A DNA stretch of 64,000 nt from Octopus sinensis (GCF_006345805.1 NC_042999.1:70990001-71054000), one strand, 5' to 3'. Positions 37,949-51,743 are shown, counted from the first letter of the stretch. A program made the numbers and translations. The notes: a model not told the origin generated them from the letters alone.

Positions 37949-37986
37949 TCTTTAACGTTTCGAGCCTACGCTCTTCAACAGAAAGA
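37949..37986 (-). ncRNA. Minimal type I hammerhead-ribozyme-like motif
   Basis: UCUUU CUGUUGA A GAGC GUAG GCUC GAA ACGU U AAAGA: 5-bp helix I, 4-bp helix II, ACGU palindrome; A6U substitution in the core. Confidence 0.55.
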
Positions 37987-38099
37987 TACACACAGAGAGA
38001 AAAACACAGAAAGAAGGAGAGAAAAAAAATGCGTGCAGTAGCTAACGAATCAACATGGCGATATATATGTATATATATATACATATATATACATCCCCA

Positions 38100-38148
<49 letters not shown>

Positions 38149-38296
38149 AACATATATACATGTACACATAGACACACAAACATACACACATATGTATCAA
38201 TGTATCTATATTATATGAAGATATACATACATTTGTATATAGACATACTATTACATTATCTGTCTATCTATCTATTTATCTAAGATACACACACAG

Positions 38297-38339
<43 letters not shown>

Positions 38340-38688
38340 AAACTTTGAAAGAAATAAAATGGAATCACGAGATTTTATCATTCCCTACGATCGTTTCGAT
38401 CCAGCGTGTGTCGGAGCTTCGCCGGTGAGATGCTGTACAACCAGTTGTAGTGTATCATAGGTGCAAATGTGTCTTGTTAGGTGATCTTTCAAACGGTACC
38501 TCGTTTATATATATATGTAACTGAGTCAGTCTTGCGATCGTGTTGCCTGCTAGAAGATGGTAGGGGTTCGCTAACCATGCTAGCAATATACAGGGTGCAG
38601 CGCTGCACCGATAAGCAACTGGCGGAAGATCTGCCTGGGGTTACACGGTACAGCCACTTCGATGTGGCGATAACTTTACCTATATATA

Positions 38689-38748
<60 letters not shown>

Positions 38749-38939
38749 GCTATATGTCATCAATAATACGCTACAAGTATTTGTATATAGAGTTATTTGA
38801 CTATTAATTAGGTAGAAATAGCAGCCAAATATACTTCAACTCACAACCCACTGTCTTGAAAAAGAGGCAGGCTCTACCAGATAATGTAATCTATAGATAT
38901 ATTATGCCTGGATGAAAGACATGTGGAACAATTATGATC

Positions 38940-39006
38940 ACAAGATTGTTCAAAACATTATCATCACTATCATCATCATCATCATCATCATTGCCATCAC
39001 TACCCT

Positions 39007-39078
<72 letters not shown>

Positions 39079-39103
39079 CACTACCACCACCACCACCACC
39101 ACC

Positions 39104-39172
<69 letters not shown>
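38940..39172. repeat. (CAT)/(CTA)/(CAC) compound triplet repeat
   Basis: Directly visible. Confidence 0.95.
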
Positions 39173-39173
<1 letters not shown>

Positions 39174-39750
39174 AAACGGCAGCGGTGGTTACGAAACACG
39201 TATAATGTCGACATTCGGTTTGTTCAACTAGGCTGGTGTTTCGAAACTGTTGTATTTGCTCACTGAAATCCCTTCAAATTAAATATTAGTATTTCAATAA
39301 TTTCAAACTAAAGATCAGTATCTAAAAAAATGTAAAGTTAAAATTTATTTGTTCTTATTTTTCTCTTCTTATAATTCGTGTTACACAAACGAATCCGCAG
39401 ATTCGATTTTTTGAACGAAAATAGTGTGAAGACAACAGCATCGAGACTAACTAAATTATGAGTAAATTATTACAGTTGATCGATCAAAATGTCTTTTGGC
39501 AAGTAAATTTATAGGATTTTATCTAGGGAAATGACAAACGGAATGCCTAAAGCAAATAACAACATACAATATCCTGCAGCGTTTTACGGTTATTGTATTC
39601 GAGTAAAAATATTTTTTTTAGAATTTCATTATTTGGCTCGCGTTGCACAATGAAAGCCAAAAGTGTATATATTAAGATTTGAAAATCGCAGATTTTGAAA
39701 CTACGCAGATTGAAAATGATTGAGGATATGAAAGATGTGCGTGTGCGTAT

Positions 39751-40470
39751 ATGTATGTATGTATGTATGCATGTATGTATGTATGTATGTATGTATGTAT
39801 GTATGTATGTATGTATGTATGCATGTATGTATGTATGTATGTATGTATGTATGTATGTATGTATGTATGTATGTATGTATGTATGTATGTATGTATGCAT
39901 GTATGTATGTATGTATGTGTGTATGTATGCATGTATGTATGTATGTATGTATGTATGTATGTATGTATGCATGCATGCATGCATGTATGTATCTATGTAT
40001 GTATGTATGTATGTATGTATGTATGTATGTATGTATGCATGCATGTATGTATGTATGTGTGTATGTATGTATGCATGCATGTATGTATGTGTGTATGTAT
40101 GTATGCATGCATGTATGTATGTATGTATGTATGTATGTATGTATGTATGTATGTATGTATGTATGCATGTATGTATGTATGTATGTGTGTATGTATGCAT
40201 GTATGTATGTATGTATGTATGTATGTATGTATGTATGTATGTATGTATGCATGCATGCATGCATGTATGTATGTATGTATGTATGTATGTATGTATGTAT
40301 GTATGTATGTATGCATGCATGTATGTATGTATGTGTGTATGTATGTATGCATGCATGTATGTATGTGTGTATGTATGTATGTATATATGCATGTATGTAT
40401 GCATGTATGCATGTATGCGTATGCATATATGTATGTATGTATGTATGTATGAATGTATGTATGTATGCAT
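39751..40470. repeat. ~720-bp (ATGT)n/(ATGC)n microsatellite
   Basis: Directly visible. Confidence 0.95.
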
Positions 40471-40634
40471 GTATGCGTATATATATATATATAATTTCGC
40501 ATGAAACTATTCGTAGCCTGTTAACCCACAAATAAAGAATATTTATCCACCAATGCAATGTTGAGCGCCTATTCTCACTATTGAATACCAGTGCGCGCAC
40601 ACGCATGCACATATATATGATATGATATAGTATG

Positions 40635-40668
<34 letters not shown>

Positions 40669-40669
40669 T

Positions 40670-40701
<32 letters not shown>

Positions 40702-41371
40702 TGTATGTATGTATGTATACAGACAGGGAAAAAGAGTGAGAGAGAAAGAGAGAGAGAGAGGGAAGGAGAGAGAGAGAAAAATAGAGAGGAAAAAGAAATG
40801 AGAAAAACATTAAATTATTGAACAGAATTTATAAAATAAAACTGAAAAAGTGCATTTGAGACAGAGTGACAGGATGAAAAACGAATTTATGGAGGTAGAA
40901 GGTGGGAATGAGAAAAAGTGAAAAATTTGAAATTTTGGATTGTAGAAAGGACACTAAAAAATGAGAGAAAGAGAGAGAATGAGGGAGAGGGAGATGGAGA
41001 GAGGTTGGTGGGGGAATTATCTAGAAATATATTTATGTATTTCGTTCTGGAATGGAATATATTGTTCAGTAGGTAAATGACATAGTTGACGGAATCTATG
41101 TTCTCAACCTCAATATATCACTAGAGTAAGGAATTTAGAAAAGTGAAAACCCGAATGATTTACAACTAAATGTGCAGATCACCGTACTGAATCCTCGACC
41201 ATGGCTAGTTTCTGTGAAGATCCAAATAGTTATAGAAAGATACTGAAAGTTAGAGAGGGACGGAGAGAGAGAAAAAGGGAGATAGTAAATAAAAAAAATC
41301 CTGTAAGAAATTGTAATATGTAAGTAATAGAAGTAATAGTAATAGTCAGAGTAGTTGTGCTTTTGGATCAG

Positions 41372-41468
41372 ATAAGCCATGACCATGTATCTCCGAATAA
41401 GCCATAACCATGTATCACAGATAAGCCATAACCATATATTACATATAAGCCATAACCACGTATCACGC
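41372..41468. repeat. 24-25-bp minisatellite, 4 units (ATAAGCCATAACCATGTATCACAG)
   Basis: Units start at 41372, 41397, 41421 and 41445. Confidence 0.9.
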
Positions 41469-41709
41469 ATTTTCGTATATCAAGGACAACTATTTACTAA
41501 GAAACACAATGTAACTGATTAAAATATGTAGTAATATAGAGTATATTGCATATGAGCTGCAAACGCTGGGGAGGGAAGCTACCAGGGAGCCACTGAATGT
41601 ACCCACCGGATCTCAGAGTACTTTGACTATCAACGGCTGTTCTCCGAAGCATAATCACATGTTCAGGAGTGGGCACATTCAATCACGACAAAACTCTTAC
41701 ATATGTTTT

Positions 41710-41795
41710 AGCATGTGAAGGCACGTGACCTAGTTGTTAGGCTGTTTCATGCACAATCGCTAGATGGTGGGTTCGATTCTCGGACCGGGCGGCGC
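41710..41795 (+). mobile_element. tRNA-derived SINE head
   Basis: GGCACGTGACCTAGTTGTTAG A-box-like and GGTTCGATTCTC B-box-like; no acceptor stem. Confidence 0.55.
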
Positions 41796-41899
41796 GTTGT
41801 GGTCCGGTTTAAATAACGCAAGTTATTAGATTTGTCAGACTTGTAGCGTAGCATTTTCCTCATTATAACGGTTTCTGATTAGGAAAAATGCTAGACGTT

Positions 41900-42865
41900 T
41901 TAAAGGAAGAAATTAGTCGATGTTATCGACTTCAGTATTTGATTGGTACTTTATTTTATCAACCGCGAAATGATGAAGAGCAAAGCTGACTCCAGCAGGA
42001 TTTGAAACCAAAGCATGCAGAGCCGAAAGAAATGTCGTATGACAATTTATTTTTCTTGCTCTCTAATGATTTTGCCAGCTCGCTAGCTTCATCCTTTATT
42101 ATAATTGCTTCAAGTTTTAGCACAAGGTCAGCAATTAAGTCGATGACATCGACCCCAGTGTTCAACTGATATTTATCTTTATCGATTCCTAACAGGTAAA
42201 GTCAGTCTCGGCGGAATTTGAACTGAGAATGTAAAAAGCCGGAGGAAGTACCGTCGAGCATTTTGTCCGGCGTACTAACGACTCAGATAAATCGCTGCCT
42301 TCTTCCCCAATTATAATAACAATAACGGCAACGTAAAATATTCTTTTGTACTCTAGGTAAAAGGCCCGAAATTTTTGGGGAGATGGCTAGTCGGTTAGAT
42401 TAACCCCAGTACGCAACTGGAACTTAATTTATCGACCCCGAAATGATGAAAGGCAAAGTCAACCTCGGCGGAATTTGAACTCAGAACATAAAGAACATAC
42501 CTATTTGTTTACTACCCACAAGGAGCTAAACACAGAGAGGACAAAGAAGGACAGACAAACGGATTAAGTCGATTATATTGACCCCAGTGCGTAACTGGTA
42601 CTTATATAATCGACCCCGAAAGATGAAAGGCAAAGTTGACCTCGGCGGAATTTGAACTTAGAACGTAACGGCAGACGAAATACGGCCTGAAATTTTTGGG
42701 GAGGGAGCCAGTCGATTTGATCGGTCCCAGTACATAACTAGTACTTAATTTATCGACCCCGAAAGGATGAAAGACAAATCGACCTTGGCGGAACTTGAAC
42801 TCAGAACGTAAAGACAGACGAAATACCGCTAAACGTACTAACGTATCTGCCAGCTCACCGCCTAA
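41900..42865 (-). mobile_element. Nested cluster of about 5 SINE family A copies/fragments
   Basis: Repeated TTTATCGACCCCGAAAGGATGAAAGGCAAAGTCGACCTCGGCGGAATTTGAACTCAGAAC blocks. Confidence 0.85.
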
Positions 42866-43654
42866 TAAGCAACTTATATTAGACAAGAAATGACGAATAT
42901 AGTAATAGTACAAATCGCTTAGACAGCTAAATCATTTAATCCAAGCACGGAAATCTGCATTATGTTTGAATTAATGTTAATCCTTATTTATGTCAGTACT
43001 TTCTGTACGTGAAAAAGCAGCTATGTTTGCAATAGAATATAATTTATTGATTCGTTCATAGTAGGAAATTCCTAACAAGAAGATCAAGAAGAAAGTAACT
43101 AAGTTAAATGTGGCGACTGGTAGAATTGGAATAGTACCCAAAAGATACTTGCAGTACTGAAATCCTGCCGTGGTCAGTTCTACATGTCATCTAGGACCAA
43201 ATAATAATTGCTCGTCTCGAAACCTTAACTCTATATTATTAACCGTTCTTTCATTAAAGATGGTCAAACGTATCGTGCTGGATAATATTCGTTTAGCTTA
43301 GGTTTAGAAATAAGTCAGCACGATGAAGCAGACCTACAAGCAAAGGCTCCCCAGCCACGACCATCCCATCCTTTTGTATATCAAGAACTACATTATCTAA
43401 TGTGTTCGTTGTTTAGGAAGACGTTGTGGTTTTAATAGGTTTTGCTGCTCTTTCTTGCAGATTGAATGACCACACAAAAGTTCCTTCAATTGCTTCCGTT
43501 TACGTTCAGAGTTGAAATCTCGCTAGGGTTAATTTGTTTTCTTCGCATATGAAGAGAGTCGATAAAATATGTACCACCATGAAACCGTATCCATTAACAT
43601 TCTTTACTGATGTTTAATTTAGAATACCAGAACCTAGAATCATCAACGCCGGGC

Positions 43655-44153
43655 CTTAAGCCTTTAGTAGAAAGGATAATTCTCGTCTTTAAGGTGGCGT
43701 GCTGGTAGAAACGTTTGCACGCAGGGAAAAATGCTTGGCGACATTTCGCCTGTTTATACGTTCTGAGTTCAAATTTCACCGAGTTCGACTTTATCTTTCA
43801 TCCTTTCGTGGTCGATAAATTAAGTACTAATGGAACACAGGGGTCGATGTAATCGACTAGTCCCCTCCCACCAAATTTCAGGCCTTGTGCTTATAGTAGA
43901 AAGGATTATTCTCGTCGTTAAGGCGGCGTGCTGGTAGAATCGTTTGCATGCCTGGCAAAATGCATAGCGGCATTTCGCCCGTCTCTACGTTCTGAATTCA
44001 ATCCCACCGAGGTTGACTTTACCTTTAATTTTTTTCGGCGTTGATAAAATAAGTATCAGTTAAATACTAGGGTTGATGTAGTCAACAAGCTCCTACTCCC
44101 AAATTTTCAGGCCTTGCGCTTATAGCAGAAAAGATCATTATTCTCGTCCTTAA
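43655..44153 (+). mobile_element. Tandem SINE family A array (~230-bp period)
   Basis: Linker ATTCTCGTCnTTAA at 43679, 43908 and 44140 separating the copies. Confidence 0.8.
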
Positions 44154-44499
44154 CACATTTTACCATTGCACCAACATGGCTACATTTTATATAATCGACT
44201 TAAAAGGTTTTTAATCGATTATATAGAAACCAACAGTAACAAAAAAAAAAAAAGGATGAAAATAATTGTAAAGAAGAATATTAAAACCATGTAACAGTTT
44301 CTAGATTCTCTTACAGATTTATGGAGGAAGAATTTGGTTAAGCCAGTTAAAGTTGTCTTCTATTTACTGTAACATATTCTATACTTTTACTGGCTTCAGA
44401 AATTACACTGAATCCATGTTGGGGAATCCACCTTAAATGTGAAAATTGTTTATTAAATTTTTAGTCGACTATGTTGATGTCAGACTGTGAAGTAGGGAA

Positions 44500-45000
44500 C
44501 TGGATCCTGCAGTTTAAGTTATCAGAATAATCTGCATCTGTAATAGTTGAGACTGGGTCTCTGGAAGCTTAAACTTTGTGAGGCTACAGCCATGTTCCTT
44601 GTAATAGACTGAATTGAAGAGGACATTATCAGGAAGAGTATGGATAGGATAGGGTACAATGGTAAAACAACAGTGAGATTTGAAAAAAAATATATGACTC
44701 GTCAAGTGAATGCGTCTTAGGCTGAATATATTTGTCTTGCATCATTATTGCATCTATTTCTTGACCATTGAATACTATAATTGAAAAGCAGAATACATCA
44801 GATACAAATTGGAAGGCACACTCACTACATTTGTGTCACAAAACCAGGGAATTCGTTCACGCTCCTCGGAAGCGATATATCTACTGAAGCAGATGCTAAG
44901 CTCCGGCAGAACTGAAAAGCTTAAGCGTAATATGGAAATCTAAGTTTTCAAAGAATGTGAAAATGAAATTCTTCTGCTTTGTGAATATGTTATTTTATGA
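44500..45000 (+). mobile_element. Possible ancient LINE endonuclease remnant
   Basis: Weak HYICVTK...GSDI resemblance to the APE QIDYI...SDH region; heavily broken. Confidence 0.25.
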
Positions 45001-46335
45001 CCATCTGGACATTAATCTGAAGGTTTGATACCATTCTGCTTGGCACCTACATGCAAACCATTTTGATTATGTCCTGTAAATTAAATCTACAGAAGAAGAA
45101 AAAAAAGATTGTGCAATAAGCCTTCCAAACTATTTCACCATGGGGGGGAAGTAGAATCCGCTTTGACTGACACTGCCAGAAACGTAGGGGGCAGCTTATT
45201 AGTTACAACCTACTTTGGATACCTTAAAATGGTCGTAATAATATTGGTCAGCCAGCGAAATCATATGTAGATCAGTTAACAGATGACATTGGGTGTTACC
45301 GAGGGTAACGATTACATTCTATTGAATATATGATAGGTGGAGAATCAAGGTCATGCAAATCTAAGCAAACTCGACTCGATGCTGCTGCTATTGAAATTTC
45401 TAGGACTGTAGGGCACCATATCTGAGATACCTGACTATTGTTTTTCGCAGTAGTAAGTAAGGTGACTGTTGAGAGTTTCTCATACTGATTCGATTCCAGC
45501 ATATAAGCGATGCAAATTTTATCAATAATAGAAGGATCGTGAAATGCAAAACCGGGTGGGAATTAAGTATTGATTTATAACATATGCATAAGGACTATAA
45601 TCCAGGAAATCAATAGCAGTATCTGATTGATACATATTCTATTGACCTGGAAAGATAATGGAAAAGTCGTACTAGGTGTGATACGGAATCAGAATATAAA
45701 GCGATCTAGTTAAATACCAGAGAGTAGTATATTTGTGATTCTATTTACTCTGCTACTGCACCGTCTCCCAAACATATGATAGTACATAACAATAAGTATC
45801 AACGTTAATGAAAATATGGAAAAATATTTCTTTGTGAAAAGATAAGTATTAAAATCATAATTCAAATATTAATTACAGAAGTTGTCGCTAAGTGCAACAA
45901 GACAATAGGATGTATAAATACAAACAAGCAGAGATGAGGAAATATCATAGACATATATAAATGTATAGAAAATGAAATCCGCACAAATACACGGAATTTC
46001 TCGTAAAGATGACAAAGAGGGTAAAGTAAAAGCACATAGAACGTATTCAGTTCGATATATTTAAAGCGAACAATCGTGAATAACACAAGTAAAGTTGAAA
46101 GCAAGCGAAAGTGGAAACGGAAAAACAAATAATATGAAATATTTCTAACATTAACTTAACAAAGCCACAAATTTTAATTTATTTGGATGGGATATAGTGG
46201 ATTATACATAAAGATATAAAATATACATAGACACACGCATGCGTACAAACACAAACACATATAACACATAAGACGTATATATATATATGGATATAAATAT
46301 ATATCTAGGTATATATTAACACACATCTGCGTATC

Positions 46336-46422
<87 letters not shown>

Positions 46423-47269
46423 ATCTGTCTGTCTGTCTGTCTATCTCTCTATCTATTTATAAATATGTGAATATATATATATATATATATATATACGTAC
46501 ATGCATAAACATTTATATATGTGTGTGTGTACGCGCGTGTATATATATTAGTATATAGATGAACGTGTATGTATACTCAAACAAAGACAAACACAAACGC
46601 ACACACATACATATGTATGCATATATATATATATATATATATATACATACATATACACATATATATACACACACATATATATATATACATATATATACAT
46701 ATATATATACATATATATATACGTACATACATACATACATACATATATACATACATACATATATATATGTATGTGTGTATGTGTGTCTGTAAGTTTGCAT
46801 GTATGTATATTGCAATTTATTAGACGTTATCAGTTGAAACAATCGTTATGCCAAGTTTTATAAATATAACTTTACACTTATATCATGGAATAACTCGTAA
46901 ATTTGAAAGAATTCCATTTCGATTGAAGCAACTTGAATGGAGATAATAAAAATATGCAGTCTGTCCATAAAGTCAAGGTAGGATTTCAAAACTATTTATT
47001 GATGTAACTTGCAACACTTCACATTGCAATTTCATGTTGAATAAGAGACTAACTAATAAAGTTTATATGCTGTTTAGAGCAATTCTATGTGGTTTCAATT
47101 TGTTGCCCTACAGACATTTAATCGAAACTCCTCTTCTTACCACACTCGAGAAAAAAAATAAATAAAGGTGTAACAGATTAAACAGCGCCACTCATGGTCT
47201 CTTTCAGGAGGTCAAACCGGCAACAGGAACACTTTAAACTCGTTGCTTGATATAGCTACGGAAGTAAAA

Positions 47270-47395
47270 ATCTATCGTGGATACCATGCCTTTCACCCAC
47301 AATTCTGTCGTAGTGTGGAGGAGACCCATCATGTTGAAAGATAGCACATGTACCTATATCTCATATTTGTGGCACCACACACACCGTCATTCTAC
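47270..47395 (-). mobile_element. Tc1/mariner catalytic-domain fragment
   Basis: Minus strand reads IFQHDGSPPHY. Confidence 0.45.
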
Positions 47396-47768
47396 AGACG
47401 TCCTCATCGAGCTCTACAGATCGTCCAGGACGAGGCTCGTCTTCTAGGCAGTAATTTCCAGCTCGGAATTGCTGGAACCACCATTGACACTGGCTTACGC
47501 TTATTGTCCGATCGCCATATACTGCTTTAATATTCCTCGCACTTTCCGTTGCGTTGTTGCCTGTACGGAACTCATAAAGCAACATATGCCGAATGTGCTC
47601 CTTTGTCACTTCCATTATAGCTTTGATAAATAACTGTTAAAATCGAACCATACTCTTCAAAACTTGCACTAAGAATAAGGACAAGTTGATTTAGGTAGTT
47701 TATCCCCCCCCTCCGACTTTTAGTTCATGCAGTTGAAAAACTGGATTATTTATGGGATGACCCAATAT
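47396..47768 (-). mobile_element. Mariner 5' portion (TIR plus DNA-binding domain)
   Basis: TIR TATTGGGTCATCCCATAAAT, similar to the 32.4-kb TIR; MEVTKEHIRHMLLYEF...WFQQFRAGNYCLEDEPRPGR. Confidence 0.85.
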
Positions 47769-47806
47769 ATACACGTGGTTGGCTGAGAACTTCTACTTAA
47801 ACGGTT

Positions 47807-47837
<31 letters not shown>

Positions 47838-47894
47838 GAGAGAGAGAGAGAAAGAGAGAGAAAAAAGAAAGAGAGAGAGGGAGTGAGATCTGAG

Positions 47895-48070
47895 TTTCTT
47901 TCAGTTTTCGTCTACAAAAATCTACATTGGTAGATTGGCGGAAAGTACCGTAATCTTGGTCGGCTTTGGTCGACCCTGGGCTGTAGTAGAAGATATAAGC
48001 ACAAGATGCCACACAGTAGGGCTGAACACAATAACATATGCTTGGAAAGCAAGCTTTTTACCACTCAGCT
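47895..48070 (-). mobile_element. SINE family B head
   Basis: TTCTTTCAGTTTTCGTCTAC...TTGGTCGACCCTGGGCTGTAGTAGAAG...GGAAAGCAAGCTTTTTACCAC. Confidence 0.7.
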
Positions 48071-48249
48071 ACGTATGCGTCTATTTGTGTGTGGTTACGT
48101 GTGTGTGTGTGTGTGTATGTGTGTGTATGCGTGCGTATGTGTGTGTGTGTGTGAGTGTGTGTACTTGTGTGTATAAATACATATAATGATTTTTATAAGG
48201 ATCTTCAGAGTTTGGCCTCAGTATAACTGTTAGCACCAATTTAATCAAG

Positions 48250-50050
48250 GTGGAATGCAGGAGGCCATCCTATGTATTGACACAGGTAATACTGTACCTA
48301 CAGAAAATTCAACAGGAAATTTATTTGTATCCATAAGCACCTCAACCTTTTCATCTATATTGAGAAACCTAGACGCAAACCTCAGCATTTGAATCTCCTC
48401 TTCATCGGTGTACAGTGGTGTAATTGCAATTGGTCATACCCCATTAAATGAAGCTATAATTGAAAATCACTTTACTACTGAGGTTGAAGTATATAGGAAA
48501 TCACCTACCTCAACCCCACCTAAACTCAAAAAAATTGAAAAGGGATAGGTCATCAACTTCAGTCCTCCTTTCAGAATATCTACTGATGAAGCTAGGAGCT
48601 TTCTTTTCCTAATATTACAGCATACTCCAAGTATTATATGCACAAATATAAGCCCTTCAATGTCCATAACATCATCGTTAGCTAAACATGCTTAGATAAT
48701 GGCGTTTCCAGCATCACACGCTGCAACAAAAACAAACGTGCATTTACACAGACACCATCTTATACTTCAAACCGTAACCTAAAAAATCCCTCCAACTTCT
48801 AATGGGAAGATCCTGCACCTCTAAATTTTGTCTCTGTAAAGTTATCCTCATGTCATCCGATGACATCATGAGAGAATATAGACATTACAGCCAATGATTT
48901 TCAAGGGAAAATGTATGCAGCAAATGCACTCTTTTAAGGTACAGGTAAAACTCTATCTTCCTGACCCGCTTACTCTGGAAACTCAATGGATTAAGATCGT
49001 TCACGAGTATCACATAGAGCATCCAGATTAGTTATCCGGAGGAAAGGTAGTTCCTTTGATACTAATTTACAAATCCTCTAAGATTGGTTAGAGAGAACGA
49101 GGAAAGTATCCTTAATCTGTAGATCTGATCCAAATGCTTACAATAAAGTTTCCTAATCCAAAAGCACCTAAAGTCATAGGTCATTGTGTTAAACCGAGCG
49201 ACGGATATTGTTTACTACCCATGTAGGCCATAGCGAGATTTAAATTTAGAACAGAAAAGTTCGGAACAAATACCACAATGCTTCCGATCTAACGTTACAG
49301 CCCTGCCAATCCACCGTCATGAATCGGTACACTTTATCGATTCCGAAAGGATGAAAGGCAAAGTTAACGTGAGTGAGATTTTAACTCATAGCACAGTTTT
49401 TGCCATGGTAATCCTCCATATGTACTCCAACATCGTATTGACTGGGTATCCATGAAGAGCTCATCTTTACGCATCTGTTTTTCGTTTTTGCCATCTCTGG
49501 TTCACGAGAAACAGTATATGCAGTATCAATTAACACGAAAACTGATATAGCTTACTGATGTCACTAGAAATATACCTTCATATGAAGCTTTGAACCACGA
49601 GAAGACCGTCTTTGTTTTAGTTTACCTGTTCAAACTTGCAGGGTAAATACTTCCCTCTTACTTATAGTGTGAGCTATTTCGCTTCTGCGTATCACTATCG
49701 TGGCCTACTAGTTCATCGCTACAATTACACCATATGCACAACTGTTCAGGACACAAACCAATTGATAGGTTACCTGTCATCACTAAACCAGTTAATTCCC
49801 ATCACAACCGTCACTGAGCTCTAAAATCCTACATAACTTTAATCACCTGGTGCTACTGGACTGTCTCCTCTACAATCAGACAGAAACGCAAATAAAATTG
49901 TTTGAGAGCCTGAACTGACCAATGTGGTTACTCCCGAATATTCGGACTTGGAAGCCATCTCTAAATTCTCCTCATTGCGATTCCATACATCTGATGATGT
50001 GGCCGCTCAGCTGGCTTGCGAAATTTTGAGTAAAATATGGGTGAATCAAC
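48250..50050 (-). mobile_element. Ancient LINE remnants (APE-like), unclassified
   Basis: Only fragmentary resemblance to endonuclease motifs, with many stops. Confidence 0.25.
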
Positions 50051-51329
50051 CAGTTATTCACTGAAATTTCCATACTAAACAAAACATTGAATCAGTTACC
50101 TGTATTGTAACTGGCATTCATGTCCAACTGTCATAATGTTAAAATTTCCTCTTCCAAGCTTTCCGTCAGCTTAAAAAAAAAATGACTTTAGCTTTAAAAA
50201 AATGACTCGTGGGAGTTCTGTACAAATGGAAAATACAACCTCTCCTGAACTTCCAGTTTCGCTTTCACACATTGACAATATTCACTACATAACATTATCT
50301 ATAAATGACCATTGAGTACTTATTTCTAGTTAGACGAACCAAGCATTGAAGCTCTTTCTCATAGAAAAAGCCAAAGGCAGCAAACGAACCGGCAACCCTT
50401 CAGCTGGTAGTTAAATTTCTTATAAGCTGAATTTCCTCCAACTTTACTTGAAGACAATAACAATGATTTGTTACGCAATTCAAATTAACTGAAGTTTAAA
50501 ATAAATAACTTCAAACCTTGTTGTTTCATTCTTTGTTCACTGAACTGTCTCCGTTCATCTGAATACTTGTTAAAGCAACAATTCTTTATACTTCTAGTTC
50601 GATTTAACATCAATCATGAGACGTAATCAACGTTTTACAGCAAACTACATGTCAGTTTTCACCAACTATTAACCCTCATCAAATCGAACAGAATATTAAT
50701 CACTGCAATCGCCACTACCAGCTGTAATTCTTCTGCGCTATGATGGTTTTCATAAACGCTTCACTTCTGTCATCACGCCACATTACCAGCAAACAATGCT
50801 TAAAATCTGCTCAGGAAACAAAACGAGCTTATAAGGGAATTTTTATACGGTCGCTCAGTCAGCAAGAAACAGCAGTCAATCTTAAATAAAATCATATCGT
50901 TCTACTAAAGAATGATACATCGGACGGTGTAGTCTCTTAAAACATATAAGACGTGTTGGTTATGGTAGGAGCGACATTATTCATATGATTGGTTGATCAG
51001 AACTGATCCAGACCTAAATACCAACAACATCGAATTAGAAATTGCTAATCTCTTGATGTGACGAACCATTTTTGCACATCGCTTTTACTGATACCATAAA
51101 GATCAGTGGTACGTATACTACCATCACAAATACGTTGTGTTTGTATCCTAAATATTTAACTCACAATAATTGACTTTACCTCTTATTAAGTAGGTACCTC
51201 CCTAATCGATAGAACTATGAAATTCCTATATATTTTGTGAAAAAAAGGACTAAAATCCGAGGAAATTAGTCATGGTTTGCAACACTAAAAGCATTTTATT
51301 GGAACAATTACCTTATTTGAAGGAAGTGA

Positions 51330-51660
51330 AAGGTGGTGAACTGGCAGAATTGGTAGCGCGCCGGGCAAGCTGCTTAGAGAATTTCTTTCGGCTCTTTACG
51401 TTTCGAGTTTAAATTCCACCGAGGGGTCGATAAAAAAAGAATTAGCTGAACATTGGGGTTGGTGTAATCAACTAATCCCATCCCTAAACTGTCTGACCTT
51501 GTGCCAAAATTTCCAACGAATATTTTAAGGAAGTAAATTGGTCGAGGTGTTAGTACGTCAGATAGAATGTCCCGTGGTATTTGTTCTGACTCTCTATGCT
51601 CTGTGTTCAAATCCACCGATGTCAACTTTGCTTTGCATCCGTTCAGGGCTAATAAAAATT
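51330..51660. mobile_element. Two SINE family A fragments in opposite orientation
   Basis: + copy ~51330-51520; - copy ~51550-51660. Confidence 0.7.
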
Positions 51661-51681
51661 ACCAATACAGAGCAGTGAAAT

Positions 51682-51743
51682 AACGGAACTGCAACGTTGA
51701 CACAAATAGCCTTTTGCATTTGATTCAATGTAACAGTTCCGTT
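51682..51743. ncRNA. Pre-miRNA-like 62-nt hairpin (candidate)
   Basis: 10 bp + 2x2 loop + 7 bp + 2x2 loop + 5 bp, 10-nt terminal loop, in sequence with no other copy seen in the window. Confidence 0.35.

Noticed and set aside
39547-40810. Long ORFs of 230-370 aa (MYVC/HTYI repeats), and similar ORFs throughout the window
   Set aside because: Stop-free translations of (ATGT)n, (TA)n and (CA)n microsatellites.
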